From positions 186,001 to 250,000 of IMG/VR virus record IMGVR_UViG_3300036944_001324: a stretch of 64,000 bases of DNA; one strand, written 5' to 3'. A program made the position numbers and the translations under genes. The notes under the pieces are model-generated. The model saw nothing but the letters and a program-made list of their open reading frames with translations, was not told the DNA's origin and did not search any database. Shown here piece by piece: positions 27,913-37,207 of this stretch (position 1 is its first letter; every line of letters begins with the position of its first letter).

Positions 27913-28746
27913 ATGAATCAAGAAGTTAAAATTACTGTTCTCAAAGCAGTACGTCAGCCTAAGCCACTTACCGCAAGAGCACCCGCATCTTCTCTACAAG
28001 AACACCGACTGGCTTTCTTGGCAGCGAATAACAAGAGTGGCTTTGCACTAGATGAACTAGGTTCAGATGTACAGAAAGTTGACAGTCTCTTCGACGTCTT
28101 CTTTTTGGTGCGAAGCGTTCAGACGTTAGACAAACCTTTTATAGATCTCTTGATAAAAAGAATCAAGTGTATTTTGAACAGCAACAGTTTAGACTGCGGA
28201 AGAAACGACGCTCGGACGATTATCTACAGGACGCTTGGTTTTCCATCTAAAAAAGCGTTTGACGCCGCCTGCGTCAAGAAAAACTACCAAGAGTTCTGGG
28301 TAAACCCCAAGTACATGGCACCAATGTCTGACTTCAACCTGGAAAAGGAAATCGTTAGATCAGATCCAAATACAGAGGCTTTCCTTGGTCGTATAAATGA
28401 CGGCTTTAAGAAGTCTGGAGAGAGGGCCTTTTACCCGGATCTGCCTTGGAAACAAGTTCTATCATTAATCGAGCTGTTATTGGAACACCAGGGTAAGGTG
28501 CCGCAGCAGAAAGTTCGAAACGTGAGTCGGGTGATTACTCAACAGAGTAAAAATGTAATTCACCACACTGAGGCGCTGACGATTCTTGCGAGGCTTTTAG
28601 GCTACGAAACGTGGCCCAAAGCGTTCAATTCGACTGCAGGCGGTTTCATCAAGTGTCGCCGGTATCCTCACTTCTATACCAAGCTTCTTGAGGAGTTTGG
28701 TCATCTAAGCATGAAAAATCAGTACAAAGAAAATGACAGCAAATAA
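27913..28746 (+). CDS. hypothetical protein
   Basis: Long ORF; C-terminal H.EAL.ILARLLGYETW motif. Confidence 0.65.
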   Translation: MNQEVKITVLKAVRQPKPLTARAPASSLQEHRLAFLAANNKSGFALDELGSDVQKVDSLFDVFFLVRSVQTLDKPFIDLLIKRIKCILNSNSLDCGRNDARTIIYRTLGFPSKKAFDAACVKKNYQEFWVNPKYMAPMSDFNLEKEIVRSDPNTEAFLGRINDGFKKSGERAFYPDLPWKQVLSLIELLLEHQGKVPQQKVRNVSRVITQQSKNVIHHTEALTILARLLGYETWPKAFNSTAGGFIKCRRYPHFYTKLLEEFGHLSMKNQYKENDSK

Positions 28747-28999
28747 AACTGTTAAAGCACTAGTCATTGTTCGTCACTGGATCACCGACCATGTTGTTCG
28801 AGACACCGTCGAATTCGATACAGAGATTGACACGACAGACGAGACCCTGGCGGTTGCCAAGGTTATCGATAATTACACAGCTTTCTTGTGTAATGAGACC
28901 AAGGTCAAGAAGAACCCCGAGTACGACTGGGCGCAAGCCTACGTCAAGGCCAAGACAGATGAGTTGACCCGCTGCTACCTTGAAGTGGTCATTGTTTAG
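28733..28999 (+). CDS. hypothetical protein
   Basis: Packed ORF. Confidence 0.7.
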   Translation: MTANKTVKALVIVRHWITDHVVRDTVEFDTEIDTTDETLAVAKVIDNYTAFLCNETKVKKNPEYDWAQAYVKAKTDELTRCYLEVVIV

Positions 29000-29017
29000 T
29001 TAAAGGAAGAATGAGTT

Positions 29018-29632
29018 ATGAAAAACGCTGTAAAAATATATCCTGTCTTCAAAGACACCGGATCGTCTCCTACTGCTGATGCGTTTGTAGACGCATCTGT
29101 GCTGTGCCCTTGGCCGTTCCTGCTCCCTGATGGAAGCAGCGGGCTTACCAGCGCCCTGAAGGTTAACAAGGCTGTCGATCTGATTGGCATTTCACAAAGT
29201 GAAGACATGCTGAAGTCAGGTCTGACGAGGATTAGTGACTGTATTGCTCCTGATATCTACATCGGGAGCATTGTCGCGAACCTTCGCACCATCGACGCCT
29301 TCGGGGTGTACATCATCGACACGTCCGAAAACCCTCAAAGGAACTTTGTTGCCCATCCCGACAGCAACGACAAAATACGGCATCTCAAGATGCGCGCTAA
29401 CCACATTGTCAACTTGAAAGGACATCTTGTTGAATTTGCTGTCTTGTTGTCCGGGCAGGTTAAGTTGGACACGGGTGAGTTCGAAGTTACACCCCTTGGT
29501 ATCGAATTAGTGGGTGTTACCAATAGCGACGGAGATGGCGTTAGTGACGCCACCAAAGCCAATTTCGAACAGCTCGTAAAACGAATCCAAATTCTGGGCG
29601 TCGTACCCGTTTTCTCGTTGGTCGACGCCTAG
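29018..29632 (+). CDS. stand-alone paralog of an internal domain of the phiKZ-type major capsid protein
   Basis: F...SV..P....G....TSAL.V.K.VDLIGISQ ... D.I...I.I..I ... LSG....G.....P..IE....N.DG ... ILG..P matches, collinearly, my recollection of the mid-region of phiKZ gp120. Confidence 0.55.
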   Translation: MKNAVKIYPVFKDTGSSPTADAFVDASVLCPWPFLLPDGSSGLTSALKVNKAVDLIGISQSEDMLKSGLTRISDCIAPDIYIGSIVANLRTIDAFGVYIIDTSENPQRNFVAHPDSNDKIRHLKMRANHIVNLKGHLVEFAVLLSGQVKLDTGEFEVTPLGIELVGVTNSDGDGVSDATKANFEQLVKRIQILGVVPVFSLVDA

Positions 29633-29655
29633 CCTTACGTTTGTGAAAGGTTAAA

Positions 29656-30132
29656 ATGTCTAATCAAACTAAGACGGGTCGAACGTTTAATGACCTTGAC
29701 ATCGGTTCCATGTATGCTTACGCGGCGCCTTCTCCAGAAATAGCTGCGCGTGATAAGGAAAACAAAACACGCAAGACGTGTGACATTCACCTTAAACGCA
29801 TCGCAGATGAACGCAAGGAATACTTCAGTCAAAACGGCCTGGAGGAAACTTATACCCACTCTGACGCCCCTGAGGTCACGATCATTTCTTGGAGCGCATA
29901 CGCCGGTCGCTACCAAGAGATGCTGCTGACAGAGTGCCTGAAGGCTGGCATAACACTGTCTTGGGACGAATCTATCGCCATCATCGACGAGCTAGTGGCT
30001 AATACCAGCGATATCCCCGGAATGGATGCCGATCCGAAGGAATGGGTAGCTAACGCCATGAAGCTCAACAAACTCATGAAGGCAGGCGTTGAGCTTGTTG
30101 TTAACTTTCTTTCACCACGCGCCGCAAAATAA
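29656..30132 (+). CDS. hypothetical protein
   Basis: AAAGG RBS. Confidence 0.7.
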   Translation: MSNQTKTGRTFNDLDIGSMYAYAAPSPEIAARDKENKTRKTCDIHLKRIADERKEYFSQNGLEETYTHSDAPEVTIISWSAYAGRYQEMLLTECLKAGITLSWDESIAIIDELVANTSDIPGMDADPKEWVANAMKLNKLMKAGVELVVNFLSPRAAK

Positions 30133-30133
30133 T

Positions 30134-30204
30134 GGGTCAGCTTTGACGCCATACAGGAGGACCTTTCGGGGTCCTCCTTTTATGTCGATTCTATTTTTTC
30201 TTGG
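30134..30204 (+). repeat. 71-bp direct repeat, copy 1 (hairpin plus TTATGTCG plus T-tract)
   Basis: 67/71 identical to 31673..31743. Confidence 0.9.
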
Positions 30205-30307
30205 TCACATATGCTTTCTGGGAGATAGAGAGAAAAAATCTTTAAAGCATAGTTGAGTGTTGGTCGCATCAACTGTGTTCCCCTTTCACAGACTACAGGA
30301 GACAGTC

Positions 30308-30595
30308 ATGGCTACAATCGCATCCCTTATCGATACCGTGGGTAATGGTATCGGCGCCTTGAATAAGGATCTCGCATGGCGAGACTCTATTCATACGCGT
30401 GTATATGCAGCTGTCAAGGCTGACTTATACTTCCCCATCTTTAGCCACCCTAATTCCAAGGGTGCTATGGATTGTGCTGACTTCGTTCTGCGCGGTCAGG
30501 GCGGTATCGTGGAAATCGACCATAATCGCAAGATGGCCGAACACCACGTCCAAGTGCTGGAATGCGAAATGGCTGTCAGAGCCGTCGCAGCATAA
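30308..30595 (+). CDS. hypothetical protein
   Basis: CAGGAG RBS. Confidence 0.7.
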   Translation: MATIASLIDTVGNGIGALNKDLAWRDSIHTRVYAAVKADLYFPIFSHPNSKGAMDCADFVLRGQGGIVEIDHNRKMAEHHVQVLECEMAVRAVAA

Positions 30596-30676
30596 CCAGT
30601 ACAGCTCACACCACTAGAGCATATTAGTGGTATAAACTTCATTCATTTTTAACTGTCCACTTTAAGGAGTATCCTC

Positions 30677-31003
30677 ATGTTCGAATCTTTCAATGCCGAT
30701 TTCTTCGGCATGTGTCTTTTGTTCGGCTTGGCTTGTCAGCTGAGTATCGAAGTCCTGGTCTTTGGTTGGGAACGAGGTTCGCGGCGGCTGAATAAGGAAA
30801 TCTGGGTGGACTTGCTCAAAACCCAGAAAAACAAACGCCGCATTAGTTGCGCGTTTGTTTTGTCGTTTGCAGCTGTGTGGGTGTTTGGGTTCTTCATGTT
30901 CCCATTGGAAATAGCAGTAGCGACCTTGATTTGTAGTTTGTCTTGGGTTGTCAGCTTGTACTTCACCTACTGCGGCGGTGCTGAGTCATTCGCCGAACGC
31001 TAA
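30677..31003 (+). CDS. membrane protein (about 3 TM)
   Basis: AAGGAG RBS; hydrophobic segments. Confidence 0.7.
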   Translation: MFESFNADFFGMCLLFGLACQLSIEVLVFGWERGSRRLNKEIWVDLLKTQKNKRRISCAFVLSFAAVWVFGFFMFPLEIAVATLICSLSWVVSLYFTYCGGAESFAER

Positions 31004-31093
31004 CTTCAGCGTTCATTCACAGCTTTTTTCCTGCCCTGCTATTAAAGGGATTAGGCATGGAATACCTCCAGCCATTTTCTAAAGGAAAAATAT

Positions 31094-31654
31094 ATGCTCG
31101 ACTCTAAGACCATCGCCCGCGCCGCCGCCGAAGGGTACACACTCAGAGACGTCATCGCAGCGGGTCGCGTTCAAGCCAAGCGTAATGTCTCGGACGGTTG
31201 CTGCCCGGGTTTTGGCAACCGCATAAACGTCAACCACCAAGAACTCGCTGAAGAAATTTACGGACACTGCCAATACGTAGGTGGCTACATCTACTCAGGC
31301 ACTACTTGGCGCCTGGACAAGCAGAGGCTTGATGTTTACGGCTATAGAAACTCTAGCCGAGTGGGCGAGAGTGTCGACCCACTCCGCACACTGGAAGAAC
31401 TTGTAAGAGTTCTTCAATCCGCTCCTGTCGGAGCACGTATTGAAAGTAGTCATAGCTCCATCAATAACCGTTCGTCTGAAACGCTGGTAAAAACGGCGAC
31501 TGGGTGGAAATCCATTCATGCTCACGACAGCGGGTGGGAATGCGGGGAAGAATTGCACTGGCACAACTTCCACGAAGTGGCGGCCATCATGGGTGTGGCT
31601 CCATCGAACACCTTTATCGCAGTATTCGACGAAGCGCGGAAGAGGTGCTACTGA
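31094..31654 (+). CDS. hypothetical protein
   Basis: AAGGA RBS. Confidence 0.7.
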   Translation: MLDSKTIARAAAEGYTLRDVIAAGRVQAKRNVSDGCCPGFGNRINVNHQELAEEIYGHCQYVGGYIYSGTTWRLDKQRLDVYGYRNSSRVGESVDPLRTLEELVRVLQSAPVGARIESSHSSINNRSSETLVKTATGWKSIHAHDSGWECGEELHWHNFHEVAAIMGVAPSNTFIAVFDEARKRCY

Positions 31655-31672
31655 ATAAGAGGCTCCCGTGCG

Positions 31673-31743
31673 GGGTCAGCTTTGACATCATATAGGAGGA
31701 CCCTTCGGGGTCCTCCTTTTATGTCGATTCTATTTTTTCTTGG
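31673..31743 (+). repeat. 71-bp direct repeat, copy 2
   Basis: 67/71 identical to 30134..30204. Confidence 0.9.
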
Positions 31744-31823
31744 CGATATATACCAGTTGTGAGATACAGGAAGAGTGGTTCTTCCTGGTCTCTTTGTTCA
31801 AACCCTTAAGGAGTATCCTCATC

Positions 31824-32309
31824 ATGACTACAGTAAACAAATTCTCGTTCGAGAACCAAAACCGCGCAAACAACTTGCGTGATAATATGATTGACGCCAT
31901 CATTGATGCTGTCGATTTCTCTCCTTTCGCTACGGCTGGGGAGATTGTTGCTGAGTACCTGGGCAACAAGGGCTTGCGCGATTACGCGCATTCTCAAGTA
32001 GGTGGTATTGCGTATTTTGAAGGTGGTAATGCGCTGGAGCGTCTGAGTAAACTGGTGGACCCAGAACTCGTGACACAAAACTTGGCAATGTTCGCCAGTG
32101 CTCTTCGTGACGCCGACAATGCAACAGTCGCTAAAGTTGCCGCCGAAATGTCTGATGACAATCATGACAGTTCGGAAGGTGTGTTTGGTGGGTATTTGTC
32201 GGTGAAAGGCTTCGAGGCCGAGTTGCTGGAAGTGCTGAGCACTGATGTCATCGGATCGATTCGTAACGGTTTGATCACCAAGCAACACCAAGAAGAATTC
32301 GCCAAGTAA
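31824..32309 (+). CDS. hypothetical protein
   Basis: AAGGAG RBS. Confidence 0.75.
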   Translation: MTTVNKFSFENQNRANNLRDNMIDAIIDAVDFSPFATAGEIVAEYLGNKGLRDYAHSQVGGIAYFEGGNALERLSKLVDPELVTQNLAMFASALRDADNATVAKVAAEMSDDNHDSSEGVFGGYLSVKGFEAELLEVLSTDVIGSIRNGLITKQHQEEFAK

Positions 32310-32319
32310 TTCCATCTAG

Positions 32320-32347
32320 GGGATCAGGCATCTGCCTGATCCTTTTT
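32320..32347 (+). terminator. intrinsic terminator
   Basis: ggatcaggc/gcctgatcc stem plus T-tract. Confidence 0.75.
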
Positions 32348-32368
32348 CTATTTCAATAAGGGTTTTCC

Positions 32369-33121
32369 ATGTTTTCCAAAATGAAAGTTTTGTTGGTTGT
32401 GTTGTTTGCTTCTGTTATGACTGCTTGCGGTGGTGGCGGAAGTCCTGAGGTGGAAGCTGAACTCAGTAGCTCCAAGTCGTATTCTTACGTAACTGCTTCT
32501 GTGGATGTCGTTGGTGATTCCATCTCCATTGGTGTGAATACGGAAGTGTCACCCATCATGCGTTTGACTGAATACCGTCCTAACTGGGCGGTTGTTCACC
32601 ATTCAGCTGGTGGGTTGCAACTCGACACCATGATTGCTGGTTACTCGGAACCAACACCTGGCGCTCATCCGATCTATTTCCCGATGGGTCCTCAACTGCC
32701 ATTCCCGCAAGTGCAGCGCAGCAGCCGCTATGTTGTGATTGCTTTGGGTGTGAATGATGCTTTGAACAACAGCACGATGCAAGAGGCTGTGCGGTTTGAA
32801 CACAACATGCGTTACGTTATCCGTACGTTGGTTGCAGAAAACCGTGTGCCTGTTCTCACTGGTGTTCCCAATCTGGCTGTGAACCCTGTGTTTCTGAAGC
32901 ATTACAACAACGTCACGTTGATGCTGGCTCAGGAATACGGTTTGGTGCACGCTGGCTGGGGTGAAGCTTACGGGATCGAAGGCGTAGGTAGTGACGGCAT
33001 CCACCCCCACCAAGGTGGCTCTGACATGCTCGCTGGTCGCCTCATCCGCGCTATCGACCAAGCTATCGAGCTTGACAACGCTGGTGTCTACGCCAACATC
33101 CAAATGTTGGCCATGAAGTAA
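32369..33121 (+). CDS. SGNH/GDSL-family esterase lipoprotein
   Basis: Lipobox MTA-C; blocks VVGDSIS, AGG, LGVND and DGIHP. Confidence 0.85.
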   Translation: MFSKMKVLLVVLFASVMTACGGGGSPEVEAELSSSKSYSYVTASVDVVGDSISIGVNTEVSPIMRLTEYRPNWAVVHHSAGGLQLDTMIAGYSEPTPGAHPIYFPMGPQLPFPQVQRSSRYVVIALGVNDALNNSTMQEAVRFEHNMRYVIRTLVAENRVPVLTGVPNLAVNPVFLKHYNNVTLMLAQEYGLVHAGWGEAYGIEGVGSDGIHPHQGGSDMLAGRLIRAIDQAIELDNAGVYANIQMLAMK

Positions 33122-33196
33122 ATGATGATGGCTCTGAACACATCCAGTCTTAGGACTGGGTGTGGGCAGCTATCTTCTTTTTCTTTTGAGGTGACT

Positions 33197-33481
33197 ATGC
33201 ATGGATTTGACTTGACACCGCTTTGGTGGTGGTTTGGTTTCTTGGGGATCTACATCGTTCTTTTTGTGATGCGGAAACTACCACCTCTCAAAGACAAGCC
33301 TTTGTTGTACTACTTCTTGCTGCTCGGTAGCTACGGCTTCATTACCTTGGCGTTCTACGTAAAGTTCAACTACAACTTCACAGTGATCGCCGTGTCGTTT
33401 TTGGCGTGGTTCATCATCACTGGCTTTAAGCTCGCACTACGCGCTTATGTGAACCATCAGGCACGGAACTATCGTCGCTAG
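33197..33481 (+). CDS. membrane protein (3 TM)
   Basis: GAGG RBS; three hydrophobic segments. Confidence 0.65.
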   Translation: MHGFDLTPLWWWFGFLGIYIVLFVMRKLPPLKDKPLLYYFLLLGSYGFITLAFYVKFNYNFTVIAVSFLAWFIITGFKLALRAYVNHQARNYRR

Positions 33482-33633
33482 TAAAAGAATATCACCAAGA
33501 GGGTAGCACCTCTTGGTTTTATGCCGTCTATTTCTTTTTTGGTTTGCTATCAGCATCCAAGCCCTATTTAGATCAAGTTTTTTCAGTGATATATCATCGT
33601 TAGGATAGGTACCCACTATTGAAAGATCAATCA

Positions 33634-34008
33634 ATGTCTACATTTACTCTTCACGGCTACCAAGTGGCCGTTGCTTCTTGGCTTCGCAAATGCTTCGGTG
33701 TACAACTGGCCGCCGATAAAGAAGAACGCAACCAGCGCTTCTTCGAAGAGGCCTGTGAGCTGGTCCAAGCCAACGGAATGAGTCAGAGTGCAGCGCACCG
33801 GCTCGTCGATTACGTCTACGGTCGTGAAGTTGGCGAAGTCTCTCAGGAGATTGCGGGCGTGATGGTTTCGTTGTCGGCTTTGGCCGAGACAGCCGGCGTT
33901 AGCGTCAGTGAGGCAGCCAATACAGAACTGGAACGCATCAATCGTCCCGAGATGATCGTGAAGATCAACGAAAAGCAAAAGCTCAAACCGCGTTTCTTGA
34001 ATCAGTAA
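33634..34008 (+). CDS. MazG-like nucleoside triphosphate pyrophosphohydrolase
   Basis: RFFEEACELVQA and EVSQEIAGVMVSL (EExxE ... ExxD-like) helices; the usual Asp is replaced by Gly/Ala. Confidence 0.65.
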   Translation: MSTFTLHGYQVAVASWLRKCFGVQLAADKEERNQRFFEEACELVQANGMSQSAAHRLVDYVYGREVGEVSQEIAGVMVSLSALAETAGVSVSEAANTELERINRPEMIVKINEKQKLKPRFLNQ

Positions 34009-34030
34009 TAAACAAAACTAAGGAGGTCCG

Positions 34031-34909
34031 ATGAATATATCTTTAGACTGGGATGGGACAGTTACAGCGGAATCGACTGGTTTCGCCAACTTTGTCAACG
34101 ACATGAGGGCACTTGGTCACAAGGTCTATATCGTGACCATGCGGTACCCTTCGGAATGTGTTCGTGACCCCATGATGCGCAGATGGGCCCACGGTGTGGA
34201 TGGAATCATCCCCACTTCGCGACGTGCGAAAAAAGAAGTTCTGGACGAGCTGAATATTAAAGCTCATATTTACATCGACGACCATCCCGAAGCTGTGAAT
34301 AAGAGCGCTGCAGAGCTTTGGGATAAGCCAAGTCCTGAAGGTACTGTTTTCATCGTTGACCAAGTCACTGGTGAGAACGTCCTGATGGAACTGGATGACC
34401 CTGAAGATGAAAGCTTGATCGATGCGATGGAAAAAGTCCGGGAAAAGCTGCTGCTTCCTCCACCCCCCAAGCTCTCGCCGGCTATTGCGGTGAACAACAC
34501 CAGTTCCGTCCCATCAAGCCTGGATGGAAAGGGCTACCGTGTCAAGCTGGGTGTGTTTGGCGTCACTGGTTCCCAGGGTAACTTCATACCGCCGTTGACT
34601 GAAGAAACGTTGCAGAATAAAAAGCAATGGCCAGTTGTAGAGTCTGGCGTGTGTAGCTTGCGCGCTATGAAGGATTTCTCTATTCCGTTTGACCTGGTTG
34701 TTGGTCGCGTCAGTAACCTTACTGCAACGATGGTTGAAGGTGTGCAAGAGGTCTACGGCGATCTGGTTGTTTTCAACAACGACAGCTTCTTGAATAAGGC
34801 GCTGCAAGAAGAAAATCTGGAGTTGCAGTTCGGACCTTACTACCTTAAGGATGCTAACGGCGTTTTCCACAGTTTGATCGGTTGGGGCGTTAGCGTCGTT
34901 ACCCCTTAA
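34031..34909 (+). CDS. HAD-superfamily phosphatase domain fused to an unknown C-terminal domain
   Basis: N-terminal ISLDWDGT (motif I), IVTMR (motif II), K and YIDD (motif IV). Confidence 0.8.
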   Translation: MNISLDWDGTVTAESTGFANFVNDMRALGHKVYIVTMRYPSECVRDPMMRRWAHGVDGIIPTSRRAKKEVLDELNIKAHIYIDDHPEAVNKSAAELWDKPSPEGTVFIVDQVTGENVLMELDDPEDESLIDAMEKVREKLLLPPPPKLSPAIAVNNTSSVPSSLDGKGYRVKLGVFGVTGSQGNFIPPLTEETLQNKKQWPVVESGVCSLRAMKDFSIPFDLVVGRVSNLTATMVEGVQEVYGDLVVFNNDSFLNKALQEENLELQFGPYYLKDANGVFHSLIGWGVSVVTP

Positions 34910-34917
34910 ACTTTAAC

Positions 34918-34950
34918 CGGCATAAGAGCCTTGCACGACGCAAGGCTCTG
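34918..34950 (+). terminator. hairpin after CGGCATAA
   Basis: agagccttgc/gcaaggctct stem. Confidence 0.7.
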
Positions 34951-34984
34951 TGTATTTTTCATTGACAAGTAAAGGAAATTCATC

Positions 34985-35386
34985 ATGTTGATCATTCAAA
35001 ACATCTCGATCAAAGACAAGGTTCTGATCGTCGGTGCCAGCAGCCGTGAGATCATCTCCAGCAAAGCAGACTTTGTCTCTGCTCAGCCAGAACCTATCTT
35101 GGTTTTGCAACTTGACTTCGGTAACGGTGACCCACTGACGTCAATGGGCATCACCAAGGAGTTGGTGGAAAAGCTTGATACTCCTTGCCAGGTATTTCTG
35201 GGCATCGCGCAGAACACGTGGAGTGATCTGCCGGTCACCATCAATGAGTTGAACGTAATGATCAGCGAACTTGTCGTTAACGACGACAAAGTGGTTTTCA
35301 ATAAGTACACTGGTATTCTGGCGGAAGCCAATCCATTCCACAAGTACCGTGTTGCTACGCCTGAATTCATTTCTGAACCAAATTAG
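34985..35386 (+). CDS. hypothetical protein
   Basis: AAGGA RBS. Confidence 0.7.
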   Translation: MLIIQNISIKDKVLIVGASSREIISSKADFVSAQPEPILVLQLDFGNGDPLTSMGITKELVEKLDTPCQVFLGIAQNTWSDLPVTINELNVMISELVVNDDKVVFNKYTGILAEANPFHKYRVATPEFISEPN

Positions 35387-35394
35387 GAGTAGTC

Positions 35395-35619
35395 ATGGAA
35401 GCGTTTGTTTTGGTCTGGATGATTGCGGTTGGTAACTCAACGAACACCAACACCTACAAGGTGGACTCAGGCACTGCCCCCTTCCCATCCGAGGTAGCTT
35501 GCCTGACAGCCCAAAAGAACATACTGACTGACATGGATAAATACAACAAAATGACTGAACGCAAATTCAGTATCCACGTCATTTCCATGGACTGTTACGG
35601 AAATAAGAGGACCAAGTAA
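35395..35619 (+). CDS. small exported protein with a Cys pair
   Basis: AGGAG RBS; hydrophobic N-terminus; C..A and C-terminal C. Confidence 0.65.
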   Translation: MEAFVLVWMIAVGNSTNTNTYKVDSGTAPFPSEVACLTAQKNILTDMDKYNKMTERKFSIHVISMDCYGNKRTK

Positions 35620-36002
35620 TGAGCACGCAAAATTCTGTCACTTTGTCTGCTGAAGAAGCCAGGGTTGTCTTTGTGCAACACGTAGCTGGTGTTGTCGAAT
35701 ACTGGGAAAACGAAAAGGGTTCACTCACCAACCGTGAAAGACTCGAAGGTGTAGCATTCAGTATTCTCACTGCCTTGGATGGTAGTGGATTAACGATGCC
35801 GCCTTTTACCGTACGACCCATTCCTGACGAAAAAGGCGGTTTTGATTTCTTTGGAACTGTCTGGCCGGATAAAGACCTCGGTGGAGGTCTGCACGATATC
35901 TTTGATCGGGAGCTTAAAAAGAAACCGGAAGAAAGAACCGAGCTGCAGGGTGTTCTGAAAAGATTCCGGGCCGAGATGGATAACTTTCGCGAAACGCTGT
36001 AA
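35619..36002 (+). CDS. hypothetical protein
   Basis: TAATG coupling; YW ... RLEG.AFSIL.ALDG motif common in phage proteins. Confidence 0.7.
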   Translation: MSTQNSVTLSAEEARVVFVQHVAGVVEYWENEKGSLTNRERLEGVAFSILTALDGSGLTMPPFTVRPIPDEKGGFDFFGTVWPDKDLGGGLHDIFDRELKKKPEERTELQGVLKRFRAEMDNFRETL

Positions 36003-36017
36003 CTAGGAAAAGTCAAA

Positions 36018-36500
36018 ATGAACATAGCCAAACTGCACCGCGTCTACCCTCTGACGAACGTTTTTATCAACGACGGTTGTCTTACGCTGGAGTCAACCTA
36101 TCGGATGCGTTTCAATCGTACTTCGGGAAGTCTGGATCTTCCCGATTACGACGTAACACCGTCCACAAAACAGTTGCGTCTGAACCTGGAGCCCATCGGT
36201 GACAACGAAGTACTGGTTGTTGTTGACACCTCTAACAGACAGCTGGCGGGTATTGAGGGTTTCTACGGGTTTTGCTTTTCGGTTGATCTTTCTGCAATCA
36301 CTGAAGAACAATGCAAAATCTTGTTCAGTATCTCTCATGGCGGGAAATACCCCTCAGTTCTTGCAAAGTTCGGATACAAAAGTGTCCAACTGGTCGTGCA
36401 CGAAATCCATGAAAAGGATTCTGGTGTTGATTACAACAGCCGGATCTGCACAATCAGCAACAACGCATATATCGCATTCATAGGTGCTTCAAATGGCTGA
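36018..36500 (+). CDS. hypothetical protein
   Basis: AGGA RBS. Confidence 0.7.
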   Translation: MNIAKLHRVYPLTNVFINDGCLTLESTYRMRFNRTSGSLDLPDYDVTPSTKQLRLNLEPIGDNEVLVVVDTSNRQLAGIEGFYGFCFSVDLSAITEEQCKILFSISHGGKYPSVLAKFGYKSVQLVVHEIHEKDSGVDYNSRICTISNNAYIAFIGASNG

Positions 36501-36714
36501 AAAGAATAAGGCTGATATGCCGCAAATTCAACCAGTCGAACGCAATGAATTGCTCGAAGCTCTTAGCGAGATGGTTCGCAAGGGTGAGCCGGTTAATATT
36601 CACGAGGCCATTGCAGTGGCTGAATACCAATCACGGTTTCAGCAAGCACGTGAAGCCAAGAAGACCCAGACCCTCTGGGGTCGTTTCTTGGCGTTCTTCA
36701 ATCACCAGAAATAA
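36493..36714 (+). CDS. hypothetical protein
   Basis: Overlapping start. Confidence 0.6.
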   Translation: MAEKNKADMPQIQPVERNELLEALSEMVRKGEPVNIHEAIAVAEYQSRFQQAREAKKTQTLWGRFLAFFNHQK

Positions 36715-36726
36715 CAAGGACAAGAC

Positions 36727-37140
36727 ATGAGAAACGTTGTAATGAGAAGGCTTGGTAAAGAAGGTATGTCCAACTTGCGGACATACTGGAACCATTCTGA
36801 CTTCCCTTCTGTATTGAAACAAGTGCAAAAGGACTTTCTGGACATGACAGCCATGAAGTCCGTGAGCGGCAAACCGTACGTTGTACTGTGTCTGTTGTTC
36901 ATCCATGCCATTCAAAAACTGATCGCGTTTGAGGCTGGCAAAGACGTCGATGAGTGTTTGCTGCATGAAGCAGTGGCTATCGCTGTTTACGTCACGTCTG
37001 TAAAACCAAGATCCGTTACACCTAATCGGTACTACACGTTGGTAACGACAATGATGGATCTGCAACGACACGATGAAACTTTCAACAAACTCATCGATGC
37101 TTTTCTAACCTGGGATGAAACTGAAGGAAGAAGACCGTGA
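36727..37140 (+). CDS. hypothetical protein, paralog of 37476..37880
   Basis: YW...F..VL..V.KDFL..T.....SG.PYVV.CLL shared with the paralog. Confidence 0.75.
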   Translation: MRNVVMRRLGKEGMSNLRTYWNHSDFPSVLKQVQKDFLDMTAMKSVSGKPYVVLCLLFIHAIQKLIAFEAGKDVDECLLHEAVAIAVYVTSVKPRSVTPNRYYTLVTTMMDLQRHDETFNKLIDAFLTWDETEGRRP

Positions 37141-37207
37141 AACACAAGGGCTGAACGCGAATAAGTCGTTCTATTCCATATACAACATCTGTTTCAACTA
37201 CTGAACA

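Noticed and set aside
30134-31743. Direct repeats as a CRISPR array or IS ends
   Set aside because: Only two copies, 1.5 kb apart, with genes between them; no cas or transposase gene.
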